Shown here: one piece after another, positions 26,400 through 33,676 of the stretch
Layout: every line of letters starts with the position of its first letter
How positions within the stretch are numbered: position 1 is the first letter of the stretch
Translations under genes and position numbers: made by a program
The notes under the pieces: generated by a model
Databases searched by the model: none
What the model saw: the letters and a program-made list of their open reading frames with translations, nothing else
Told to the model about the DNA's origin: nothing
Source of the DNA: a virus
IMG/VR virus record: IMGVR_UViG_3300023096_000001
Coordinates: 6,134-70,133 of that record
DNA: 64,000 nucleotides
Direction: 5' to 3' (one strand)

Positions 26400-27113
26400 T
26401 TAGTCGCTCTTGATCGGGGCGACTTTTTTTTCTTTCATCACGCCAATCGCTACTAATATCATCGTTAAAGATTCTACTGCTACAGGAATATCCGTTACAA
26501 CCTTTAGAAAGTTTTTCCCTTCCCAAACATATTCACTCTGATACACAATAGTGCAAAACAGAGCTGAGCAGTGATAAACCAATAAACACGATACAATCCA
26601 GAATACTGCTGAACGGGTCAAATCTTTGATGTAAAGCTCTTGAATAAGTTCTGAGTAAAATAACAGGCACAGAAATAAAATGAATGCAGATCGAAGTGGA
26701 AGAGAGAAAGATACGTACTTATGGTTATGAAGATCATTTACGATCGGATTTGACCATATGAGATCAACACTAAATAATGCCACATAGCTAATCGTTAATA
26801 TAGTCACAAGCATCTTCCTGGGTTTATCTAAGAAGATATACTGAAAGAATAACCCCGTTAAAATAGCACTTACTAAGACCCAAGTATTGCAGATCAGTAA
26901 GGTATTCATGCTCTGGCAAGCCATAAAAAGGCCAATGCTGTCAAGAATAAACTTAAAAGATAAGTATACAGTAAAAACGCGCAAAGGATGACTTAACTCC
27001 TTGCGCGTTAATAGAAGTATCAGTGGCAAAATTGTAATTGCTGCGTTGATACCGTATACAGGATATACGATAAAATATTTTAAAATGTTAGTCATAAGCA
27101 GTTCGTAGGACAA
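26400..27113 (-). CDS. multi-pass (about 7 TM) membrane protein, host-like sensor-associated family
   Basis: about 7 hydrophobic helices; LLFYSELIQ...SAVFWIVSCLLVY motif. Confidence 0.7.
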   Translation of the reverse strand: MSYELLMTNILKYFIVYPVYGINAAITILPLILLLTRKELSHPLRVFTVYLSFKFILDSIGLFMACQSMNTLLICNTWVLVSAILTGLFFQYIFLDKPRKMLVTILTISYVALFSVDLIWSNPIVNDLHNHKYVSFSLPLRSAFILFLCLLFYSELIQELYIKDLTRSAVFWIVSCLLVYHCSALFCTIVYQSEYVWEGKNFLKVVTDIPVAVESLTMILVAIGVMKEKKVAPIKSD

Positions 27114-27403
27114 GGCGGGGGTGTATCTAATACTTTAACCTGCCCCTTTTTTACCGTATTATCCTTCGAGACAACTTCCACCACAGGACTTAAAGCAAAC
27201 CCTCCTTCGCGCGCTACCTCTGCCAGGTGGATCCTGACACCGGTAATACTTTTCACAGGCACCCCTTCGATGAGTTCTTTGATGGCATCAATATCGAAGA
27301 AGAATGACTCGACGTAGATTTCTCCTTCTTGCAGCGTTCTTGCTTTGAATTTTTCGATGGAGGATTGTGCCTCTTGCAATGTTGTTAGTTTTCCTTTGGA
27401 CAT
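27092..27403 (-). CDS. small protein with C-terminal PPPCPTNC motif
   Basis: FFFDIDAIKELI...GVRIHLAE...SPVV...VLDTPPPCPTNCL. Confidence 0.7.
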   Translation of the reverse strand: MSKGKLTTLQEAQSSIEKFKARTLQEGEIYVESFFFDIDAIKELIEGVPVKSITGVRIHLAEVAREGGFALSPVVEVVSKDNTVKKGQVKVLDTPPPCPTNCL

Positions 27404-27429
27404 GATCTGTTCTTAAATAGTTGAAATGC

Positions 27430-27461
27430 CGAAATTACCTACTTTTAGGTATACATCCAAA
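27430..27461 (-). promoter_or_regulatory. dedicated promoter of the PxCP/7TM pair
   Basis: -33 TTTG, 20 nt spacer, -7 TAATTTCG. Confidence 0.55.
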
Positions 27462-27467
27462 AGGATT

Positions 27468-27728
27468 TTAGTTATCGGTATTGACTAGTTTCCTGCTGAC
27501 AAACTTCTCACATTCTCCCAGGATAAACGCCAATGCTTTCTCATAAGAATCTTCTGCATGAAATTTCTTATCAACGAGTGGGTTAAATACCTCACTCGAA
27601 GGAAGATGTTTGAAGTACACCCGGTAAAGGATTTGCTCTGTGCTATCCTTGAAAGAAAAACATGTGATCAGGATGCGATGGTTATTGTAATAATAAGCTA
27701 CTTGTTCGAGTAATTCTTCTATGGTCAT
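27468..27728 (-). CDS. hypothetical phage protein
   Basis: 86 aa ORF. Confidence 0.55.
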   Translation of the reverse strand: MTIEELLEQVAYYYNNHRILITCFSFKDSTEQILYRVYFKHLPSSEVFNPLVDKKFHAEDSYEKALAFILGECEKFVSRKLVNTDN

Positions 27729-27907
27729 AAAAAACTCTCTTTATAGTCAGGCGAAATACTTTGCATAAATTCTATTTCTTCCTTCGTGAATTGAACATCT
27801 CCATATTTATCAGTATCCATCATATTGAAAACAAAGTCTACTCCTTCCATCCATTCAACATGTTGTCGATATTTCTCAAGAAGTTTTTTATAGTCTATAT
27901 TCTCCAT
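27725..27907 (-). CDS. hypothetical phage protein
   Basis: MENIDYKKLLEKYRQHVEWMEGVDF; start moved to ATG 27907. Confidence 0.6.
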   Translation of the reverse strand: MENIDYKKLLEKYRQHVEWMEGVDFVFNMMDTDKYGDVQFTKEEIEFMQSISPDYKESFL

Positions 27908-27909
27908 AA

Positions 27910-28275
27910 TTAATATCCGTTCATATTTACTTTCCACGCCTCAGCGAGGCTATCTTCTTTTGCATTTTCTTCTGGAGATAATTGCGCTTTAATACTCTCC
28001 AACTCTTCAGAGACTTTCACTGCCAGGTATTCTTTATAAAGAGAACTTCCTACGTGAAAGGCGCAGTTTTCAAGGATGCTATCCGGGTGAAATTCATCTA
28101 GGTTGACGACTCTGGGGTACTGTGATCCTTTGTAGGCATAAAACCGGCAGTATCGTACGCATATCTTACTGTTTTTAGGCACATACTCATGCAGGGGTCT
28201 GTGTAGCTTGTACACGCCTTCTGAGAGGTGCTGTACGCCATTTTTTAAGGTAAAGCGTGGTTCGCGAAGTTTCAT
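27910..28275 (-). CDS. hypothetical phage protein
   Basis: 121 aa ORF. Confidence 0.6.
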   Translation of the reverse strand: MKLREPRFTLKNGVQHLSEGVYKLHRPLHEYVPKNSKICVRYCRFYAYKGSQYPRVVNLDEFHPDSILENCAFHVGSSLYKEYLAVKVSEELESIKAQLSPEENAKEDSLAEAWKVNMNGY

Positions 28276-28541
28276 AACTTTAATAGTTGAGATTTCATTT
28301 CTTTGAGAAAGCTTGCTTTAAGAGAGAATTCATCGAAGAAGTCTTTAGGCTTATCTTCCCAAGAATCTGTGTCTTGCTTGATGCCCGCTTTCCAGAAAAC
28401 TTCTACTGTGCAGGGAATCGTATCTGTGCCATTATGAGAGGTATTCGCAATCTCGTAGCTGCCTATTGACATCGATAGCCACCAGTGTTTCTTAAGAAAT
28501 TCTCTCATCTCCTGTTCGGAAAAATATAATTCTAGTTTCAT
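28272..28541 (-). CDS. hypothetical phage protein
   Basis: 89 aa, GAACCAC upstream. Confidence 0.6.
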   Translation of the reverse strand: MKLELYFSEQEMREFLKKHWWLSMSIGSYEIANTSHNGTDTIPCTVEVFWKAGIKQDTDSWEDKPKDFFDEFSLKASFLKEMKSQLLKL

Positions 28542-28559
28542 TTGGTGGTTCGATTGAAT

Positions 28560-28829
28560 TTAAATATACCCAAAGCAGATACCCACTGCGCGTCCCACCT
28601 CTTCAAGATTCACGTCTTTAGAACTAAAGTGCTGATCAAGAATCACCCGGAGCATGGACATCTTTTCGTTTTCATTGCCCATCAAGTGAACTGCTGCGGA
28701 GAAGCCCGCCTTGAAGTCTGCTTCGATGAATTTGCCGAGTTGTTTTGTGGCACGAGGATCGCCCTCAGATCCCTCTAATTGATAAAGGGCGTACTGCTTG
28801 GCGTATTTGTTTAGAAGTTTTTGGCTCAT
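28560..28829 (-). CDS. hypothetical phage protein
   Basis: 89 aa, GAACCAC upstream. Confidence 0.6.
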   Translation of the reverse strand: MSQKLLNKYAKQYALYQLEGSEGDPRATKQLGKFIEADFKAGFSAAVHLMGNENEKMSMLRVILDQHFSSKDVNLEEVGRAVGICFGYI

Positions 28830-28840
28830 GGTGGTTCGGA

Positions 28841-29059
28841 TTAAATATCAATATCCCAAACAATTTTCAGGTATTGCTTTGTTTCTATGGAATAAAAAGG
28901 TGTATCCTCGCCGTATCCATCACCAGAGTAATGCTCTGTGCCCTCCACCAATATACTGCCATCAGCAAGCAGATGATACTTTACAAGTGTAGTATAACCA
29001 TGCCTCTTACCAACGAAGAAGCTTCTTATTATTTCGATAGGCATAAGTTTTTGGCTCAT
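28841..29059 (-). CDS. hypothetical phage protein
   Basis: 72 aa ORF. Confidence 0.55.
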   Translation of the reverse strand: MSQKLMPIEIIRSFFVGKRHGYTTLVKYHLLADGSILVEGTEHYSGDGYGEDTPFYSIETKQYLKIVWDIDI

Positions 29060-29724
29060 CTCACTGATACAGAATTTTCATAATGAACTTTCCTTCCGCA
29101 GACCAATTGAGGCTTCCCTTCAACATAATATTTAGACCATCCGCCTTTCCATCCTCTCTTCCCGCACCTGTCGCACTTCTTGATGTGATTTCTGTAAAAA
29201 TTAGTTATGAAACAGAATTTAATTTCCCAATGATGGACATGCCAACGAGGGTGTTTATACCATGGTCTTGATTTATGAGAAATATCTGACATAATTATAC
29301 TGGCAAGTTCGGATATAGGTCGATTAAGTCGCTTTAGATCATCCGAAATAGAGTCGATTGGATTTTCGCAAAAGTGAATAATTTCGTGAAGATGGTTTTT
29401 CATAAAATTATCCACTTTTCTGCTACTGTACCCAAATAACACATTAGCTGCAGTTCTGTACATTTCAACCGCTAGCCCTATTTCAGAAAACTTAGCTATG
29501 CCATCTGGCGTGTACCAGTATCTTAGATTAAACTCAAAATCTGAAATAATTCGGGTTTTTATCTTTTCATCTAAATGCCTAGAGCGGATAAACCAGCCAC
29601 AGCTATCATCATCACCATGAATATCAGGGTCAACATGCCAAATGTCAATCAGTGATTCCCTGTATCCACTTTTACGTTTAAAAGGACTTTTTATAGAAAA
29701 AGCTAATGTTCTTGGATCGTGCAT
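29056..29724 (-). CDS. His/Trp-rich phage protein
   Basis: MHDP...IWHVDP...DDSCGWF...[14 protein letters not shown]. Confidence 0.7.
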   Translation of the reverse strand: MHDPRTLAFSIKSPFKRKSGYRESLIDIWHVDPDIHGDDDSCGWFIRSRHLDEKIKTRIISDFEFNLRYWYTPDGIAKFSEIGLAVEMYRTAANVLFGYSSRKVDNFMKNHLHEIIHFCENPIDSISDDLKRLNRPISELASIIMSDISHKSRPWYKHPRWHVHHWEIKFCFITNFYRNHIKKCDRCGKRGWKGGWSKYYVEGKPQLVCGRKVHYENSVSVR

Positions 29725-29754
29725 AATATAAGTTTTAGTGGTTCGGGTGAAAAA

Positions 29755-29988
29755 TCAATTATCCCAGTTGGAGCCATACGCTTCATTTCTCGCTTCAGAC
29801 TCCTCTTTTGAGAGTTTTCCGTCAGGCTTTACCGCGCTATAGTTCGACAATTTGTCAAGGGTGCCTGGGATGGTGTTGACGATCACAAGATCATATTCTT
29901 GGTTTACACCGATCAATTCGACCTTCTCTTTAGAAGCTTTATTGGTCGCGGTATACTTTTCGCCTTTTTTGAATTTTTGCTCTGCCAT
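29755..29988 (-). CDS. hypothetical phage protein
   Basis: 77 aa ORF. Confidence 0.6.
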   Translation of the reverse strand: MAEQKFKKGEKYTATNKASKEKVELIGVNQEYDLVIVNTIPGTLDKLSNYSAVKPDGKLSKEESEARNEAYGSNWDN

Positions 29989-30032
29989 GACTGTTTGTGA
30001 TTAAGTTTGATCATTACTGTAAAAATCTATGC

Positions 30033-30272
30033 CTAGTTAAATAGGATTAGTGTATTCAAAACCCACAATTGAGTAGGATTGCCTTTTGTCCACCCAGGCC
30101 CGTCATCCCAAGGAATTGTGCATACATGATTAAGACATTCACCTTCACATCCCGATATCTTAAAACATTCTTGAGCAAGCTTGTTGCTCTTAGCACAAAC
30201 GGGGAACTGATGGTAGATAGGCCAAGTTTTCCCGTCTTCTTGATAGGTTTCAATAATAATAGGATTTTCCAT
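30033..30272 (-). CDS. Cys-rich hypothetical protein
   Basis: 79 aa, five Cys. Confidence 0.5.
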   Translation of the reverse strand: MENPIIIETYQEDGKTWPIYHQFPVCAKSNKLAQECFKISGCEGECLNHVCTIPWDDGPGWTKGNPTQLWVLNTLILFN

Positions 30273-30273
30273 G

Positions 30274-30555
30274 TTATTTAACCTTTAAGCGTTCACTTTC
30301 AATCCTTTGCAATTTACTAATTTTTAGCATTTTATGCCTATCAATCAAAAGAATTATTGTCCAGATTATCACATCCGCAATCAGAGCATACAGGTAATTC
30401 CACCGATCAGGATGCTCGTTTTTAAAGCTTGAGCAGACTAATATCAAAAAGATCATTCCGATCAAGGCCAACACCAAGGAGAGCTTCATCATAAGCCCTA
30501 ACCATTGGTTGTACGAAGAGTATGCCTTAGATAGTTTATTTGACTGTTCCATCAC
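30274..30555 (-). CDS. two-TM membrane protein
   Basis: two hydrophobic helices. Confidence 0.6.
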   Translation of the reverse strand: MMEQSNKLSKAYSSYNQWLGLMMKLSLVLALIGMIFLILVCSSFKNEHPDRWNYLYALIADVIIWTIILLIDRHKMLKISKLQRIESERLKVK

Positions 30556-30746
30556 TCTTTCGATTTATTTTTCTTAAAATTAACCCTTCTCGCGGCTTTC
30601 CTTGACATGGAGGTGCAGTGATAATATCCACACTCGTTACACAGATACAGATGAAAGTCCGGGTTGTGCGTTTCAAGTTTGAAGACACGCACAACCGCTT
30701 TTGCTTCTTTTCGGGTAAGGTATCTTCTTTTCTGGGCACACTTCAT
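30552..30746 (-). CDS. small zinc-finger phage protein
   Basis: C..KRRY.T..EA...YLCNECGYYHCTS. Confidence 0.65.
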   Translation of the reverse strand: MKCAQKRRYLTRKEAKAVVRVFKLETHNPDFHLYLCNECGYYHCTSMSRKAARRVNFKKNKSKE

Positions 30747-30991
30747 ACCACAAACCTTTCGCCGCCTTTTGTCAGAGAATACCGCACAAACTTCTCGTGG
30801 ATGATTTGCTGCTGGATGAGCCCATAGCGCATAAGCACTTTAAAGGTGCACCATGCAGGTTTTGCTGTAAATACAGTATAATGCCCGTTTTGTTTTTGCA
30901 ACTCCCACGCTCCCCGAAATAGAAAGCTGGCGCCGGGATTCTTTTGTAGTTCTCTAATTAGCGCCTCTTGAGGCTTGGATAGTCTTGTCAT
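30743..30991 (-). CDS. hypothetical protein, possible wHTH
   Basis: TFKVLMRYGLI...RYSLTKGGERF. Confidence 0.5.
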   Translation of the reverse strand: MTRLSKPQEALIRELQKNPGASFLFRGAWELQKQNGHYTVFTAKPAWCTFKVLMRYGLIQQQIIHEKFVRYSLTKGGERFVV

Positions 30992-30992
30992 T

Positions 30993-31223
30993 TTAATATC
31001 CCCATTTAACTTTTAAATTCCTAGCCTCCTCTTTCCCTTCTTCGCCAAATTTTTCTAATACAGCTATCGTGATATCAGTGTCTACATTAGCAGACTCCAT
31101 GAACGAAGAGAAATATTCAAGTAATAATTGTTTTTTATCTTCTCCTTCGGGGTTTATTTCATTAAGAAAATTACTTAAATCACTGGTAAGGCAATTTTCA
31201 ATTTGTTTATTAGTTTTCATCAT
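30993..31223 (-). CDS. hypothetical phage protein
   Basis: 76 aa ORF. Confidence 0.55.
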   Translation of the reverse strand: MMKTNKQIENCLTSDLSNFLNEINPEGEDKKQLLLEYFSSFMESANVDTDITIAVLEKFGEEGKEEARNLKVKWGY

Positions 31224-31579
31224 CTTAAAAGTCTTGTTAAATCATTAATCAATATATCTCCAGAAGGCTCTACCCATGAGCCGCGAAGGCTGACCCCATA
31301 ATCAAGAAAGCCTTTGTTATCAAGGATACTGAGCACAATGTATGCTGCACCTTGTATGCCTCCGAAAACTTCATTCACAAGCTCGTCGTGGTATTTGTTG
31401 GTTTTGGGTCTATCTCTTAAATGAACTAACGTGTCAAGAATCAACTGCGCTGAGTCATGAAAGTCATCTATCTCTAACATTCCATTACAGATCATGCTTT
31501 TAGGAGTATCGTAATGAGTGCCTTCATACAAGTACATTCCCGTTGCCTCGTCGAAGTAATTTTCATAGGGTTGTATCAT
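31220..31579 (-). CDS. hypothetical phage protein
   Basis: 119 aa; LDNKGFLDYGVSLRGSW. Confidence 0.65.
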   Translation of the reverse strand: MIQPYENYFDEATGMYLYEGTHYDTPKSMICNGMLEIDDFHDSAQLILDTLVHLRDRPKTNKYHDELVNEVFGGIQGAAYIVLSILDNKGFLDYGVSLRGSWVEPSGDILINDLTRLLR

Positions 31580-31809
31580 GGTTGTTGTGCTTTTTTATTT
31601 TCCTCCTCGATAAACTCTTTTGGGTACTTCCCGCAATTATCAGCTTTAATTTGCGCAATATCTTTCAAGTCAAGCTTGCCCCCTTTCCTGAGGACACCAT
31701 CATAGAGATTTACAATCAAATCTACATACATTTCAGGCATAGCAAAACCTGTCAGTTTCAAAGCGAAGTCCAGATAAGTTACTTTTTCTTGTTGTGATAA
31801 TTTTGGCAT
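31576..31809 (-). CDS. hypothetical phage protein
   Basis: 77 aa ORF. Confidence 0.6.
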   Translation of the reverse strand: MPKLSQQEKVTYLDFALKLTGFAMPEMYVDLIVNLYDGVLRKGGKLDLKDIAQIKADNCGKYPKEFIEEENKKAQQP

Positions 31810-31903
31810 AATAATCTTTTCTTTTTAACTGCCGTCCGAAAAGCAATCCCTCCCGTGATCAGCAAGGTGAATATTAAAACAAGTAATCCTGTGAGGGTGT
31901 CGT

Positions 31904-32443
31904 TCATGATTCAACAGGCTTTACTGAATCGAATATTCCAAATTGTTGTTCATCATAATTCCAAGCGTAGACAATAAATCTACTCCCAAGCATTCCTATA
32001 AATAAACCTGTGCCTAAAATCTGTCCATGTATATTTAGACAGTTCACTCTTTCTCCATTTTTTGGTATCCATTTTTTCTCTAAGGGCTTTTCTTCTTTAT
32101 CATCCGGCCATGATGTTTTCTTTTCAATCACCTCTCCTTGATAAACTTTGTGCCCAAGAATAGTTTCTATAAACTTTATATGACTGTGAGTTAGTTGTCG
32201 AGTGTTTCCGTACGGTTCAGGTATCCATATCAAGCCATCTTCTTTAACGATCAACTTACTTCCATAGTTATTAAAACCACTTTGATAGTGCCTCCACATA
32301 ACAGTTTCTCCATTTTTTGTTTCAGCAGTCTCTGGATAGTAGGCCGCCTGTTGGATGTCTCCAAAAATAAACTCTTCCAGACGTCTCACGTCTTCGTTAT
32401 TTCCATAAAGAGTAGGCGCTTTATAAGTTTGAATTGTTTCCAT
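31904..32443 (-). CDS. hypothetical phage protein
   Basis: 179 aa, GAACCAC upstream. Confidence 0.65.
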   Translation of the reverse strand: METIQTYKAPTLYGNNEDVRRLEEFIFGDIQQAAYYPETAETKNGETVMWRHYQSGFNNYGSKLIVKEDGLIWIPEPYGNTRQLTHSHIKFIETILGHKVYQGEVIEKKTSWPDDKEEKPLEKKWIPKNGERVNCLNIHGQILGTGLFIGMLGSRFIVYAWNYDEQQFGIFDSVKPVES

Positions 32444-32457
32444 GGTGGTTCTCGTTT

Positions 32458-32700
32458 TTAAATTATAAGCATTTTTTTATGAATATAACAACTCTTGTCA
32501 CTGAATCCTTTGATAGCGGACTTGATCTCCATTTTATCTTTATGAGAGCCGCCGTTTCTAAAAACTCTCACCTTTAAAAAATCCGTTTTTTTCTCATTTT
32601 CTTCTCCTTCATTTTCTACTTCAGTCTTAAAGCCGGTGATTACAAATTTTTGGTCAATGCCTATTGCTATAAACTCATCTCCTATGCTGATTTCCTCCAT
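32458..32700 (-). CDS. hypothetical phage protein
   Basis: 80 aa ORF. Confidence 0.55.
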   Translation of the reverse strand: MEEISIGDEFIAIGIDQKFVITGFKTEVENEGEENEKKTDFLKVRVFRNGGSHKDKMEIKSAIKGFSDKSCYIHKKMLII

Positions 32701-32712
32701 AAAGAATCTTGT

Positions 32713-33048
32713 TTAGTATTGGTTAACATTATAAGTATTGGAAATTAAACCCTCGAATCCTTTCGAGTGAAGCTTATAAAGCATAGATTCTTCTTTTTTA
32801 ATTTTTTTTAGAAAGCAAATTGGGGCAGATTTTAAAGAATTTCCTAAAATAATTTTTGTGTGCCCATTTTTTAATTTTGGGTCAAATAAGTTAGAAGAAA
32901 CTCCATAAAATCGATTCCCTGAAGTATAAAACTCTTCAAATATTTCTCCTTTAGAAAATTTTCCGAACTTTTGTATTAAGACAAACACATCAAGGAACTC
33001 TTTTTCATTTCGCCCGTCAGAGAGATACTTTGTAAGTTTATGTTTCAT
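32713..33048 (-). CDS. hypothetical phage protein
   Basis: start moved to ATG 33048 (MKHKLTKY). Confidence 0.5.
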   Translation of the reverse strand: MKHKLTKYLSDGRNEKEFLDVFVLIQKFGKFSKGEIFEEFYTSGNRFYGVSSNLFDPKLKNGHTKIILGNSLKSAPICFLKKIKKEESMLYKLHSKGFEGLISNTYNVNQY

Positions 33049-33470
33049 AAGGATTACTTTATAAAGGGTAAGACTGTTTTTTTGAACGCTATTCCGGAAG
33101 TTGTCTCTTACAGGCCCCCTTACCCCCAAACATAAGTTTAGTGATAAATTAGCTGTAAAAGACAACAACGTAAACTTTGTTAAAACTGTTTTCCAGTTAC
33201 GAATTCACGTTGGAGAAACCAAATCAACTGGTAGTTTCCCTGTGGAGTAATTCGGGTTTCCAGTCCCGTTGGCGACTTTCCTGTTCTCCTTTGTCTCAGA
33301 TTGCGTCATATGTCATCCGACCCCCCAACTGTAACGCTTTTTTACAATGGCACCAATCGATCCAAATTTGGGTGCAGAATACCATCAACCCTTTCGGGAT
33401 TTTTATTTTAAATGAATGATTTGAGATTGTTCTGCCCGCAGCATAATAAATCAGAAGAGATTCATTTGGG

Positions 33471-33580
33471 CATAAAAAAAGCCCATTCAAAGGTGCATCT
33501 TCAAATGGGCGTGCTATAGGTCTGAACCGAAGCGCAATATTTATCTATCGAGATGCACCAAGAATGATAAATACTGATAG
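33471..33580 (-). promoter_or_regulatory. structured leader with terminator-like hairpin and alternative pairing
   Basis: GCCCATT/AATGGGC stem plus T7; loop AGATGCACC complementary to 5' GGTGCATCT. Confidence 0.6.
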
Positions 33581-33582
33581 AA

Positions 33583-33613
33583 CAAACTTACAAACAGAAA
33601 TATTCCCTTGCAA
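33583..33613 (-). promoter_or_regulatory. Bacteroidota promoter for 33.5-27.5 kb leftward operon
   Basis: -7 TAAGTTTG, 19 nt spacer, -33 TTGC. Confidence 0.65.
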
Positions 33614-33676
33614 GTATTTTAAATAATTTTTCTGTAATATTGTGTAATAAAACTTTTTAACCTACTACTGTATTCC

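Noticed and set aside
26341-26526. Remnant histidine kinase after the 7TM gene
   Set aside because: Overlaps the membrane gene out of frame; no H-box or HATPase motifs
28545-32451. tRNA genes suggested by GGTGGTTCG strings
   Set aside because: No cloverleaf; these are reverse complements of the GAACCAC pre-start motif
33296-33490. Ash/Icd-like ORF MNGLFLCP...
   Set aside because: Start lies inside the leader hairpin and the rest shows no recognisable Ash motif; kept only as part of the leader finding
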